Assembly (NCBI GenBank): GCA_963817525.1
Contig: CAWFOU010000001.1
Coordinates: 1,101,902-1,165,901, forward strand
DNA length: 64,000 bases
DNA from: an uncultured archaeon
Lineage (GTDB): Archaea; Thermoproteota; Nitrososphaeria; Nitrososphaerales; Gagatemarchaeaceae
Direction of reading: 5' to 3'
The position numbers were made by a program, and so were the translations under genes. Positions 1 to 9,904 of the stretch are shown one piece after another. Every line of letters starts with the position of its first letter. Position 1 is the stretch's first letter. The notes beneath the pieces are model-generated. The model was not told the DNA's origin. It did no database searches and saw only the letters and a program-made list of their open reading frames with translations.

Positions 1-2
1 TA

Positions 3-218
3 GGGGAGACCGCCGGCTACCTTCTCGACCCTGCCGCCTCGCACTCGGTGCTAGAGTCCCTCTCCCACATCCTCGGGCTGAAGATCGATCTGACCTCCAT
101 CGAGGAGAGGGCGAAGGAGGCGCAGCAGATCTTCGGCCAGGTCCAGAGGATGACGGAGCAAAACGTCGAGGAGGCCAGGGGTACGAAGGAAGAAGGGAAG
201 CCCGGCTACATAGCCTGA
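3..218 (+). CDS. PAC2-family proteasome assembly chaperone, C-terminal part (5' end outside window)
   Basis: Frame 3 reads GETAGYLLDPAASHSVLESLSHILGLKIDLTSIEERAKE...PGYIA*; GETxGYxxDP is typical of archaeal PAC2 proteins. Confidence 0.75.
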   Translation, partial: GETAGYLLDPAASHSVLESLSHILGLKIDLTSIEERAKEAQQIFGQVQRMTEQNVEEARGTKEEGKPGYIA

Positions 219-225
219 CGCCGGC

Positions 226-3183
226 TCAGCCCTTTATGTTTCCGATGGGCCTGAGGGCCGCGACCTTCAGCGAGATGCCGGCCTGGTGCATCGTCTCGAC
301 GACCTCGGAGATGTCCTTGTAGGCCATCCCGGCCTCCTCGGCCAGTCCCTCCCACGTGGCGGCCTTGACGTAGATGCCGCGCTTCTCCATCCTCTGCTGT
401 AGGTCCTTGCCGCTCACCTGCCTCTTCGCTGCCGTCCTCGACATCGTCCTCCCCGAGCCGTGCGCGGTGGAGCCGAAGGTCTCCTCCATCGCCTTCTCCG
501 TCCCCAGGAGCAGGTAGGAGCCGGTCTCCATCGAGCCGCCGATGATCACGGGCTGGCCCAGCGCGCGGTAGGCCGGGGGTATGTCGGGGTGGCCTGGGCC
601 GAAGCTACGGGTGGCCCCCTTCCTGTGGACGAGCAGGTCCTTCGAGCCCCCGTCGACCTTGTGCCTCTCCACCTTCGCGATGTTGTGGCAGACGTCGTAG
701 ATGATGTGCATGTCGAGGGCCTCGGGGTCCTTGCGGAAGACCTGCTTGAAGGCCTCGCGTATCCTCATGACTATGACCTGCCTGTTGGCGAAGGCCATGT
801 TGGCGGCGCAGACCATCGCGCCGTAGTAGTCCTCGCCCTCCTTGGAGGAGAAGGGCGCGCAGGCGAGCTCCCTGTCCCGCACGGTGATGCCGTACTTCTT
901 CATCGCCCCGTCGAAGACCCTTAGGTAGTCAGAGCCTATCTGGTGGCCGAAGCCCCTGCTGCCGCAGTGGACCATGACCACGACCTGGTCGTCGTGGACC
1001 AGGCCGAAGTGCTTGCCCATCTTGGCGTCGAAGAACCTGGCGGGGTCGACCACCTGGACCTCGCAGTAGTGGTTCCCCGAGCCGAGCGTTCCCAGCTGGC
1101 TGATCCCCCGGCTGGAGGCCTGCTGGCTGACCTTGGAGGGGTCCGCGCCCTTGATGTATCCGCCCTCCTCGACCTTCTCCACGTCGTCGTCCCAGCCGTA
1201 GTCGTTCTCGGCGCACCACTTCACTCCCCACCTCATGATGTCCTCGAACTGCGGCTGGTTGAGCTTCACCAGCCCCTTGACCCCTACCCCGGTGGGGATA
1301 AGCCTGAAAAGCAGGTCTACGAGCTCCTTTATCCTGGGTTTGACCTCCGAATAGCGCAGATTCGTCCGAACGAGTCGCATTCCGCAATTGGAGACCACCA
1401 TCCCGTCGGAGACGAAGTTGTGGTTGGCGTCGCCGATAGTCACGTCATACACGAGACCTTCATATGGTATCGACTCGATCGAGACGATCTTGTCGTAGAC
1501 CAAGCCGCTCTTTCCCTCCTCTGAGCTGGCTGCGAACTGCTCCAGTCGGACTGACCGCCAGACCCTGGCGTGTCCTCTGGTCTGCCAGATTGAATGGCGG
1601 ATGAAGCTTGGGCCCGCCACGTCGGAGGCAAGAGAGCTCACTATCTCTCGGGCGGGGACGCCGGCAGCGCGCATCGCCACCGCCTGCGCGCGAACCCTGT
1701 CCCTTTCGTCGCGGATCGTCTGGACGTGCGAGAGGAAGCATGATGCGACGCTGGCTAGCCTCTGCTTGTCGCGGTTGTAGAGGTAGCCAACCTGACCGAA
1801 GAATCTGAGAAGGTTGGGAGTGTTCGAAAGTATCGAGAGGCGGTGACCCGTCGAGGGGCCGTCGATTCCTGCGTAATCGTAGCCTTCCACACGCACGGGA
1901 TTGGAGGTCTCCACGCCGAGTGACAAGAGAACCCCGCGGAAGTCCTCGAGGAGCTCGACCGCGCTCTTCGAGAGCCGGACCAGCTTGCTTACGCTGAAGG
2001 ACGGCATCTGGAAATCGTAACCGTTTCCGGTGATAGGTTTCGAAAGCTCGGCGCCGAAGAAGGCGCCGAGGAAGAGCTTTTTCTGCCACGCTTCCGCGGA
2101 GAAGAGCCATTCAGGAAGGCGATACGCCTGATTTGTCTTCTTCCCATAAGGGGCGCCGAGCGCCACCATGAGGACCGCGAGCGCGGTGGAGGAGGCCTGA
2201 AGTGAGTGCTCTGTGAAGTCGAACTCGGACGTGCCATAGGCCGTCTTGATCCTGTGGTGACGATCCCTCGTGAAGCTATGGGATGCGAATCCGAGAGAAC
2301 TGATATCCTTCTGTATGTCTGCGAGGTCTTCGGGATTTCCCCAGAAGGAGGTGTAATGCCCTTTTTTCACCGCGGGGATGTTGCCGTCTCCGAAGATGAA
2401 GCCTAGCAACTTGGCAACTGCTACCATCCTCGGGTCGCTGAGCAACAGACGGTCGAGGCCGCGTTCCCTGAGCTCGCGCAGAATCTGAGTCCTGGAGTTT
2501 CCTCGATCTGTTATGCCCATCCTCGTCATCGCGAGGTCGAGCGTGTCCGAAGAGACGATCTCAATCGAATAGGGCTCCGTGAAGGGGATGCCTTCGACTC
2601 CGGTCGTCAACAGCGTGTCTTCGATCGTGAGCTTACCTGCAGGGACCATCCCGGCCGGGGTGCGGATGGGATGGTCGGCGGTAGCCAGCAGAGTCTTGCC
2701 GGCCTTGGTCTTTATCTTGAGGATCGACTCGGCTTCCCAACGGCGCTGTTTCAGCACCGCCCGAGTGGGAATCCCAGACCGCGTAGTCTCGTCGAAGGTT
2801 AGGAACCCCTGGGTGGTGGTGTCGATGTCTGCGATTCTTCTCCAAATCCCGTTCTCGTCGATGACCTTGGAGTCCGGGTGGAGGCAGTTGATATCAAATC
2901 CGATTCCGCCAGGTGAAATTATCCCATTTTCAGGGTCGAACGCGGCGACGCCCCCTATAGGGAAGCCGTAGCCCCAGTGGGCGTCGGCCATGGCGTAGGA
3001 GTACTTTACGATGCCAGTGAGGGACGCGACGTTCGTGACCTGCTCGATCACCCCGTTGTCCATCTCCTCGAGGAGCTTCTTGGTCGCGTAGATCCGGGCG
3101 GGGACGTTCATCCCGGCCTTGTAGGAAGTGGGAATCTCCCAGACGACGTCCGAGATCTGCTTTGCGTTCTTGACGTCGGTCAT
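226..3183 (-). CDS. rtcB: RNA-splicing ligase RtcB containing an intein
   Basis: DAHWGYGFPIGG, GFDIN/CG, GTLGSGNHY, HCGSRG, HNIAK, HRKGAT and HGSGR motifs; 500-aa insert before the metal-binding Cys. Confidence 0.97.
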   Translation of the reverse strand: MTDVKNAKQISDVVWEIPTSYKAGMNVPARIYATKKLLEEMDNGVIEQVTNVASLTGIVKYSYAMADAHWGYGFPIGGVAAFDPENGIISPGGIGFDINCLHPDSKVIDENGIWRRIADIDTTTQGFLTFDETTRSGIPTRAVLKQRRWEAESILKIKTKAGKTLLATADHPIRTPAGMVPAGKLTIEDTLLTTGVEGIPFTEPYSIEIVSSDTLDLAMTRMGITDRGNSRTQILRELRERGLDRLLLSDPRMVAVAKLLGFIFGDGNIPAVKKGHYTSFWGNPEDLADIQKDISSLGFASHSFTRDRHHRIKTAYGTSEFDFTEHSLQASSTALAVLMVALGAPYGKKTNQAYRLPEWLFSAEAWQKKLFLGAFFGAELSKPITGNGYDFQMPSFSVSKLVRLSKSAVELLEDFRGVLLSLGVETSNPVRVEGYDYAGIDGPSTGHRLSILSNTPNLLRFFGQVGYLYNRDKQRLASVASCFLSHVQTIRDERDRVRAQAVAMRAAGVPAREIVSSLASDVAGPSFIRHSIWQTRGHARVWRSVRLEQFAASSEEGKSGLVYDKIVSIESIPYEGLVYDVTIGDANHNFVSDGMVVSNCGMRLVRTNLRYSEVKPRIKELVDLLFRLIPTGVGVKGLVKLNQPQFEDIMRWGVKWCAENDYGWDDDVEKVEEGGYIKGADPSKVSQQASSRGISQLGTLGSGNHYCEVQVVDPARFFDAKMGKHFGLVHDDQVVVMVHCGSRGFGHQIGSDYLRVFDGAMKKYGITVRDRELACAPFSSKEGEDYYGAMVCAANMAFANRQVIVMRIREAFKQVFRKDPEALDMHIIYDVCHNIAKVERHKVDGGSKDLLVHRKGATRSFGPGHPDIPPAYRALGQPVIIGGSMETGSYLLLGTEKAMEETFGSTAHGSGRTMSRTAAKRQVSGKDLQQRMEKRGIYVKAATWEGLAEEAGMAYKDISEVVETMHQAGISLKVAALRPIGNIKG
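1387..2886 (-). mobile_element. Intein with LAGLIDADG homing endonuclease in RtcB (500 aa)
   Basis: Starts CLHPDSKV, block B ATADHP, LAGLIDADG-like LLGFIFGDG and FLGAFFGAE, ends VYDVTI..HNFVSDGMVVSN followed by Cys+1. Confidence 0.95.
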
Positions 3184-3240
3184 CTTGCTGAGAGCGTCTC
3201 TCCCCGCGGCGCCTGCTCACCCGACTTAAGCCTTCTGCGT

Positions 3241-3693
3241 TCAGATGTCGAGGACGACGGTCGCCTCCCACCAGCCCCGCTTCCCTTTCTTCTTCACTTC
3301 GAACATGTGCATCGTCACCGCCTTCACGTCGTTCCTGAGCGCGTGCCTCTCCCTGTCGATCTCCTCGCCCAGCATCACGCAGTCGAGGGCGTGTCCCTGC
3401 GAGGCGATCGAGACCTTGTAGTCCTCGAAGAGGAGCGAGTCGACGTCCTTGATCACTATCAGCTCCGTGAGAAAGTCGTAGAGAAGCCTATCGACGGAGG
3501 GAGATTCTACCTCGATCCTTCGCTCGACCCTCCCTGCGACCGTCCTCCTGTCCACCATTACGTCGGTGAGTGCCCTCGCCGCGGCCTCGAAGAGTGAGGG
3601 GAGTGAGTCCGCGCGGGCGACGAACGCCACGTCGGCTAGTGCGATGTTGGAGAGAAAGCGGTAGTCCGAATGGCGCCGGCCTGGGCTGACCAA
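3241..3693 (-). CDS. Archease (RtcB cofactor)
   Basis: YRFL..ADV, LFEAAARAL, VKAVTMH and C-terminal VVLDI; adjacent to rtcB. Confidence 0.93.
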   Translation of the reverse strand: MVSPGRRHSDYRFLSNIALADVAFVARADSLPSLFEAAARALTDVMVDRRTVAGRVERRIEVESPSVDRLLYDFLTELIVIKDVDSLLFEDYKVSIASQGHALDCVMLGEEIDRERHALRNDVKAVTMHMFEVKKKGKRGWWEATVVLDI

Positions 3694-3924
3694 CGCCCCG
3701 ACGCGAAATCAGGCTCTTAAGAACGTGCGTCAGGCGCCTACCCAGTGGCGGCATGACCACGTGGGCGAGAAGATTCCTTAGACGAGACCCAAGCAAAGAG
3801 CCTTGACAAACGTGTGATATTGGATCAAGCTACAACCTATCAGGCGCCAATACGCTTTTCACGATGGAGGCGCGGGGATTCATCATTGACGGGATCGGGT
3901 GACGAGTGGGGCCCGGCGAGGGCG

Positions 3925-4710
3925 ATGCTGCCACGCCAGCCGGGAGTGGTCGAGGCGGAGCCCGCCGCCAACCTCGCGCTCGAGGAGGCGCTCTTCCTCA
4001 GGAACGAGGGGTTCCTCGCAAGGGTCTGGGAGAACGCAGAGTCCGTGATCATAGGGCGGGCCCAGCTGGCGAGCCACGAGACGGACGTCGGGTATTGCAA
4101 GTCGCATTCCATCCCTATAGTCAGGAGGTTCACCGCGGGCGGGGCCGTCTACAACGGGCCGGGGAACCTGAACTGGTCGCTCTTCGTGGCGAGGAGCCTC
4201 GACTCTGGGCCGCTTAGGTACGAGTCGAGCCCCCACGCGATATTCAGGGGCGCCTCGAGGCCCCTCCTCTCCGCCCTCGAGGAGTGCGGCGTGGGCGCCT
4301 GGCTTGACCCGCCAAACAGGATCCTCACAAGGGAGGGCAAGATCTCGGGGATGGCCGCCTACGTCTCGAGGAGAGGGTTCCTCTGCCACGGGACTCTCCT
4401 GGTCGGGGCGGACATGGGGAGGGTGAAGGCGCTCACGACGCCGTCGCCCGAGGCCATCGGGAGGAAGTACACCAGGAGCAGGGACGTCAAGACCGCGAAC
4501 GCCCCGTTGGACGTAGATTCGTTTATTCGCACGTTCGTGGGGACTCTCGCCGACGAGACCAAGATGGAGATGAAGACGACCTCCCCTGACGCGCGCGAGC
4601 TGGCCCTCATGAGGGAGCTGATGGCGGCCCGCTACGGGGACGAGGGGTGGAACCTGGGCGACCCGTTCGCCTGGAGCGAGAGGGCCGTCGCGGACGCCAT
4701 GGTGAGATAG
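3925..4710 (+). CDS. Lipoate-protein ligase A family (catalytic domain)
   Basis: NLALEE, IVRRFTAGGAVY, KISG and HGTLL motifs; ATG 3925 preferred over GTG 3814. Confidence 0.85.
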   Translation: MLPRQPGVVEAEPAANLALEEALFLRNEGFLARVWENAESVIIGRAQLASHETDVGYCKSHSIPIVRRFTAGGAVYNGPGNLNWSLFVARSLDSGPLRYESSPHAIFRGASRPLLSALEECGVGAWLDPPNRILTREGKISGMAAYVSRRGFLCHGTLLVGADMGRVKALTTPSPEAIGRKYTRSRDVKTANAPLDVDSFIRTFVGTLADETKMEMKTTSPDARELALMRELMAARYGDEGWNLGDPFAWSERAVADAMVR

Positions 4711-4713
4711 CGG

Positions 4714-5934
4714 ATGGAAGACCAAGAAGTCACGCTCGAGGAGATCGAGAGGGCGGCCGCCGTGCTAAAGGGAGTGATCCGGGTGACGCCCCTCGACCGC
4801 TCCAGGACCCTCAGCGAGGAGACGGGGATCGACCTCTACCTCAAGATGGAGAACTTTCAGAGGGCGGGCTCCTTCAAGATGCGCGGCGCCTACTACAAGA
4901 TACACTCGCTCTCGGACTCGGAGAGGAAGAGGGGGGTCGTCGCCGCCTCCGCGGGCAACCACGCCCAGGGCGTGGCCAACGCCGCGACCCTCCTGGGGGT
5001 CAAGTCTACCATCGTGATGCCAGAGAGCGCCTCGCCCGCCAAGATAGACGCGACCAAGGGCTACGGCGCGCGGGTGGTCCTGCACGGGGCGAACTTCGAG
5101 GAGGCCCTGGAGATGGCGCGCGAGATAGGCCGGAAGGAGGACGCGACCCTCATCCACGCCTTCGACGACCCGTTGGTCGTCGCGGGGCAGGGGACCGCCG
5201 GGCTCGAGATGATGGAGGCGGCTCCCGAGCTCCAGACCGTCGTGGTCCCGATAGGAGGGGGCGGTCTCATCTCCGGGGTCGCCGTCGCGTGCAAGAGCAT
5301 CAAGCCCTCGATCAAGGTGGTCGGTGTCCAGTCGGAGGCGTTCCCCAGCATGTACATGGCGTTCAAGACCGCGAAGATGGTGCCCTACAAGACCCAGGAG
5401 ACGATCGCCGACGGCATCGCCGTGAAGCAGCCGGGCAAGCTCACCTACAAGCTGATTCGGAAGTTTGTGGACGACGTGGTCCTCGTGAGCGACGCCGACA
5501 TCGCGAGCGCGATCTTCTTCATGCTCGAGAGGATGAAGGTGGTCGCGGAGCCCGCGGGGGCCGCTAGCGTCGCGGCCTGCATGGCGGGGCTCGTAAAGGC
5601 GCGGGGGGAGAAGTGCGCCACGGTGGTCAGCGGCGGCAACATCGACATGTACCTCCTCGACCAGATAGTCACGAAGGTCCTGGAGAAGCAGCACAGGCTG
5701 CTCAGGATCAGGATCCTGATCTCCGACAAGCCCGGCGCCCTCAAGGACATTATCGAGGTGATCGCCCAGTCGAGGGCCCACGTCATCAGCATCGAGCACG
5801 ACAGGGTGGGAGAAGGCGTCCCGATCGGCAGGGCGGAGGTCATCTTCGACCTGGAGACCCAGAACGCACAGCACACCAAGAACCTCATCTCGGCGCTGGG
5901 CAAGTCCAGGGTGAAGTACAGGGTCGAGAGCTGA
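4714..5934 (+). CDS. ilvA: Threonine ammonia-lyase with C-terminal ACT domain
   Basis: KMENFQRAGSFKMRGA PLP lysine motif, ASAGNHAQG, PIGGGGL, SGGN, DKPGAL ACT domain. Confidence 0.93.
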   Translation: MEDQEVTLEEIERAAAVLKGVIRVTPLDRSRTLSEETGIDLYLKMENFQRAGSFKMRGAYYKIHSLSDSERKRGVVAASAGNHAQGVANAATLLGVKSTIVMPESASPAKIDATKGYGARVVLHGANFEEALEMAREIGRKEDATLIHAFDDPLVVAGQGTAGLEMMEAAPELQTVVVPIGGGGLISGVAVACKSIKPSIKVVGVQSEAFPSMYMAFKTAKMVPYKTQETIADGIAVKQPGKLTYKLIRKFVDDVVLVSDADIASAIFFMLERMKVVAEPAGAASVAACMAGLVKARGEKCATVVSGGNIDMYLLDQIVTKVLEKQHRLLRIRILISDKPGALKDIIEVIAQSRAHVISIEHDRVGEGVPIGRAEVIFDLETQNAQHTKNLISALGKSRVKYRVES

Positions 5935-5937
5935 GCC

Positions 5938-7047
5938 TCAGTCGCCCCGGCCGTGAAGGGCCTTTATCTCCAGGAGCGCCCCGGATATCACCTTGATCGA
6001 CCCGAGGTAGTCCGGGATGTCGACGAACTCCATGTCGGTGTGCCCCAGGTTGGAGTCGGCGGGGCCGTAGGTGAGGCAGGGGAGCCCCATCCTCTCTGCG
6101 AGGGTGTTCATGTCCCCCGTCCCGGTCTTGTTGGTGAGCACGGGGCGGGTGTTGAGGGTCTTCAGGATGGAGCGCTGGAACGCCCTCACCACGACGGAGT
6201 CGAGCGGCGCCGAGTAGGGCTCGGTGAAGCCGTCGAACTCGACCTTCGCGTCGATCCCCCCCTTCATCCGGGCGTAGCCGTCCACGATCGCGGTAAGGTC
6301 TTCCTGCACCCTCGACGAGCTGGTCCCCGGGGGGATGCGGACGTCGAAGGTCATCTGGCACTTCTTCGGGACGACGTTCGAGTAGGCGCCGCCCCTGATC
6401 ATCGTCAGGGAGGCGCTCAGCGACCGAAAGTGGTTCCCCTCCACCGTGTACTTCCTCTCGTATTCCTTGATCAGCGACATTATGGCGAGGGACTCGTCGA
6501 CCGCGCTGGGGTGGGCCCAAGAGGAGGAGGCGTGGCCTCCGTGCGTCCCCACGGTTATCTTGGCGGCGGTCCTCCCTCGGTATCCCACGGTGATCCTCGC
6601 TGCTCCCGCGGGCTCGCCGAAGACGGCGTAGTCGTAGTCTCCCCCTGAGTCGATGAGGGTCTCCACGCCCAGGCTGTCACCCTCCTCCCTCGTCACGCAC
6701 GCCATCGTCACCTTCATGCCTTCGGGAGGCGCGCTGGCCGCTGACATCATGGCGCACATGGGGGACTTGGCGTCGGCCGCGCCCCTTCCGTAGACCCGCC
6801 CCCCTTCCACCCTGACCTTGAGGAACCCCGGGACCGTGTCCATGTGGCCGCAGAGGAGGACGTGTGGGTGGCCGCTCCCGACATCCCCTATCGCGTTGCC
6901 CGCCTTGTCCGTCCTCACGTTGTTGAACCCCATCCGGCGCATCCGGTCTCTGAGCAGCTTGGAGAGCCTCTCCTCCTTGGTGGAGACGGAGTAAGTCCTG
7001 ATGGCCTCCAGGAGGAGGTCTACCGCAGGGTCGTTCTTGCTCTTCAT
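5938..7047 (-). CDS. lysK: [LysW]-lysine/[LysW]-ornithine hydrolase (M20 family)
   Basis: GHMDTVPG, GRGAADAK, EE and GTGDMN motifs; follows lysX. Confidence 0.9.
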   Translation of the reverse strand: MKSKNDPAVDLLLEAIRTYSVSTKEERLSKLLRDRMRRMGFNNVRTDKAGNAIGDVGSGHPHVLLCGHMDTVPGFLKVRVEGGRVYGRGAADAKSPMCAMMSAASAPPEGMKVTMACVTREEGDSLGVETLIDSGGDYDYAVFGEPAGAARITVGYRGRTAAKITVGTHGGHASSSWAHPSAVDESLAIMSLIKEYERKYTVEGNHFRSLSASLTMIRGGAYSNVVPKKCQMTFDVRIPPGTSSSRVQEDLTAIVDGYARMKGGIDAKVEFDGFTEPYSAPLDSVVVRAFQRSILKTLNTRPVLTNKTGTGDMNTLAERMGLPCLTYGPADSNLGHTDMEFVDIPDYLGSIKVISGALLEIKALHGRGD

Positions 7048-7078
7048 GCGCTCAGCCAAGCTTCGTGGGTCAGCGCTA

Positions 7079-7933
7079 TCATCGCTTGTCGAGGGACGCG
7101 AGGTAGTCGACGGCGAGTCCTGGGATGTCGATGCCCGTGGCTGGGACCGAGTTCTTGAACTCCGTGGTGTTGTTGACCTCGTGGCAGACCAGGCCGTCCT
7201 TGGACTCCATGAGGTCTACCCCCACGAACCTTCCCCCCACTGCCTTCGCCGCCTTCACGGAGATGTCGTCGATCTCTTTGGTGACCTTGCAGGGCTCTGC
7301 CTTCCCCCCTCTCGCCGTGTTCGTCCGCCAGTCGCCGGCGGAGGTGCGGTAGATGGCGGCTATCGTGCTGTCCCCGATCACGTACGTCCTGATGTCCCGA
7401 GGAGGCCGCTTGACGTACTCCTGGAGATAGTAGACCTGGTAGCTGGGGTGCATGTACTCCCTGTCCTCGATGATTGCCCTGGCGAAGTCCTCGTCCTTGA
7501 GGAGGGCGGCGAGCCGGCCCCAGCTCCCCACCGCCGGCTTTAGGACGGCAGGGTAGCCGAGTTTGGCCAGGGCGCGCATCACCCCCTCCTCCGTGAACGC
7601 GAGGCGGGTCTCCGGCGTGGGTATCCCGGCCTTCTTCAGCGCGAGGGTGCAGAGGACCTTGTCGCTGGAGTTCCAGGCCGTGCTCAGCGAGTTGACCACG
7701 GTGTGCCCGGCGGCCTCGAGCGCGGCCGTGGAGTAGAGGTTCCGGTAGTGGGAGACGCACCTCTGGAGGACGACCCTCTCGGCGATCCTCGGGTTGGCGC
7801 CGCCGCCGGTGAGCCCTATCTCGGTCTCCTTGAGGTCGACCATGGCCACCTTGACCCCCTTCTTCTCGGCGGCCTGTGCGAGGGCCTTCTCCTCCCACCT
7901 GATCACGTCGTATAGCAGAGCGAACGAGGGCGT
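7079..7933 (-). CDS. lysX: Alpha-aminoadipate-LysW ligase LysX (probable ACG start at 7933; first canonical GTG at 7906)
   Basis: ATP-grasp KPAVGSWGR, WRTNTARG, EVNNTTEFKNS (Asn-Ser signature of LysX); conserved LLYD strand lies upstream of the GTG. Confidence 0.9.
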   Translation of the reverse strand, partial: TPSFALLYDVIRWEEKALAQAAEKKGVKVAMVDLKETEIGLTGGGANPRIAERVVLQRCVSHYRNLYSTAALEAAGHTVVNSLSTAWNSSDKVLCTLALKKAGIPTPETRLAFTEEGVMRALAKLGYPAVLKPAVGSWGRLAALLKDEDFARAIIEDREYMHPSYQVYYLQEYVKRPPRDIRTYVIGDSTIAAIYRTSAGDWRTNTARGGKAEPCKVTKEIDDISVKAAKAVGGRFVGVDLMESKDGLVCHEVNNTTEFKNSVPATGIDIPGLAVDYLASLDKR

Positions 7934-7937
7934 GCCT

Positions 7938-8111
7938 CTACTCGCCCCAGTCCTCTTGCTCTTTCTCTGCTGGCTTTAGTGTGATGAGCCCGGAGGCCAC
8001 GTCTTTCCTGACCTCGTAGGACGCGCCGCAGTCCTTGCAGCTCACGATCTCGCCTTGTATCGCGTCGCCGGGAATCGTCAGCGGGGCTTCGCATTCGTCG
8101 CAGTTCGTCAG
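7938..8111 (-). CDS. lysW: Amino-group carrier protein LysW (copy 1), probable CTG start
   Basis: CDEC...CKDC zinc ribbon and C-terminal EDWGE; GAGGTGAG precedes the CTG. Confidence 0.93.
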   Translation of the reverse strand: MTNCDECEAPLTIPGDAIQGEIVSCKDCGASYEVRKDVASGLITLKPAEKEQEDWGE

Positions 8112-8273
8112 TGGCTCACCTCGATTCCTTTGACCCGTCGACGGCCGATTATATTTAACGGTAACGACGGCGCATGACATCATTATATCGGAGCTTGACC
8201 CCTGTGGGAATAGGCGAAAAGTTGGACTGGAAGGAGCTTGTGGGTAGAACGTTGAGACGAAACTGGTGATATT

Positions 8274-8972
8274 ATGGCAACAGCAAAAGCAACACTAGAA
8301 AGGAAAAGAAATGAATTAGGATTTCATGAAATTGGAAAGGCCCATGGAATACCAATATACATGCTAAATGAGAAAGCAAATGCGTCGCAGTCGGCGAAGC
8401 GCATGGTAGGGCTTAGATTGGCGCTGCCTACTTTCCAGTTAATGCTTTCTGCATTTGGCTCAGAAAGTTCACTCAAAGATAAATTCAATGACAGTGGGAA
8501 AAGCGACTACTCTTTTTGGATGACGGGCACCGGTAAGGACACAAATCATCTGATAGACGAATCCCAAGAGTCAGAAATCACACCTGCTCAGGAAGCAGAG
8601 GCCATGAAGCTCGCTGACTCAGGCATGAACTACCAGGAGATAGCCAAGAAGTTAGGCGTCACTGCTTTGAGCGTATATTACGCACTGAAGAAAAAGGGGA
8701 AAACCAAAGCAAAAAAGCCGATCAAGCCAAGAAGCTCGGCTCTTTGCACGTTTGACAAGAAAGGAGATCTTAACGTAGGCAAGGGAGCCTCCTTGGAAAG
8801 TACAGTCCGTGTTTCCAGAGGCTCGGACGACATGCCTCTTCTCTTCTTCGTTCTCCGTGACAGCTACTCCAGGATTGGCGGTGCGCGTTTCGTCATTGCC
8901 GCATGCAATGGCAGACAGTTTACTCCTGTTACTGCCGCTAGAGTGGTGGTAGGAGTTCCGCAAGAAGCGTGA
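8274..8972 (+). CDS. Hypothetical protein with a helix-turn-helix, low GC
   Basis: GMNYQEIAKKLGVTALSVYYALKK HTH; visibly AT-richer than its flanks. Confidence 0.6.
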   Translation: MATAKATLERKRNELGFHEIGKAHGIPIYMLNEKANASQSAKRMVGLRLALPTFQLMLSAFGSESSLKDKFNDSGKSDYSFWMTGTGKDTNHLIDESQESEITPAQEAEAMKLADSGMNYQEIAKKLGVTALSVYYALKKKGKTKAKKPIKPRSSALCTFDKKGDLNVGKGASLESTVRVSRGSDDMPLLFFVLRDSYSRIGGARFVIAACNGRQFTPVTAARVVVGVPQEA

Positions 8973-9109
8973 GCCTGGATACATGGCAGATAGCGGCCAT
9001 TCTGGGAAGGGTTTAGTCTGTGCCCCGTTGATGCCCAAACTGTCTGTAACAGCGTCTTTTGTTAAGCTAAATCAGCGATATCGCGCGAGACAACGCGGTT
9101 CGGGGAGTC

Positions 9110-9430
9110 TCAGGAGAATCTGACGAACCAGAGGGCGAGCATCAAGACTATCGATATGCCGAACATCTTGAACAGCCCGCCCGCGAGCCTGGTCCTTTGA
9201 GTGGAGACGAGCAAGGCAGCCCCGACCAGGGCGACGCCGATGGCGAAGACGTCCTGCGAAGAACCCATCTGTCGAAGGATGCGACCGCAGACGCCCAGGG
9301 TGGCCGTGCCGCTACAGCTGCGGAGCGGCTGGAGGAACCAGTCTCCCAAGAATATGATGCCGGATATCCCGGCCGCCACGGCTCCGGCCCCACCGAGGCA
9401 GTAGCTTATCGCGAGGCGAATGTCGAGCAA
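9110..9430 (-). CDS. Small membrane protein
   Basis: Three hydrophobic segments; fills an intergenic gap. Confidence 0.45.
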   Translation of the reverse strand: MLDIRLAISYCLGGAGAVAAGISGIIFLGDWFLQPLRSCSGTATLGVCGRILRQMGSSQDVFAIGVALVGAALLVSTQRTRLAGGLFKMFGISIVLMLALWFVRFS

Positions 9431-9487
9431 GGCCTGAAGGATGGCGGCGGCCCTTGCATTTATGGGATGCCTTGAGCCGCCCGAGGC

Positions 9488-9904
9488 TCAACGAATGGTC
9501 CGCAGGATTATCGTCGTCTCGGTCTTGAGGACGCCCTCGAGACGCCTAATCTCCTCGACGGACTTGTTGACCTCCGAGATGCTGGTCCCCTTAATGATGG
9601 CGGCGATGTCGAAGGGGCCGGTGGTCTCGTAGATGGTCTCGACCCCCTTCACGGACTTTAGCTTCCTGCTCACGTCGGCGGTCGGGGCGGCCGGGCTGAC
9701 CGAGACGTAGGTGACGGCGCTCGTGGCCGTCTGCGGCTCGTCGACGTCGATGGTGAACCTCCTGATCGTGCGAGCTTTGACCAGGTTGGCGACCCTCCTC
9801 CTCACGGCCGCTTCAGAGAGCCCGACCTTGGCCGCTATCTCGACGAAGGGGAGCCTGGAGTCTTCGCGCAGGATCGTGAGGATCTGCTCGTCAGTCTTGT
9901 CCAT
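9488..9904 (-). CDS. lysM: Lrp/AsnC-family regulator (LysM-like)
   Basis: MDKTDEQILTILREDSR..EIAAKVGLSEAAVRRRV HTH plus RAM domain; last gene of the arg/lys operon. Confidence 0.85.
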   Translation of the reverse strand: MDKTDEQILTILREDSRLPFVEIAAKVGLSEAAVRRRVANLVKARTIRRFTIDVDEPQTATSAVTYVSVSPAAPTADVSRKLKSVKGVETIYETTGPFDIAAIIKGTSISEVNKSVEEIRRLEGVLKTETTIILRTIR

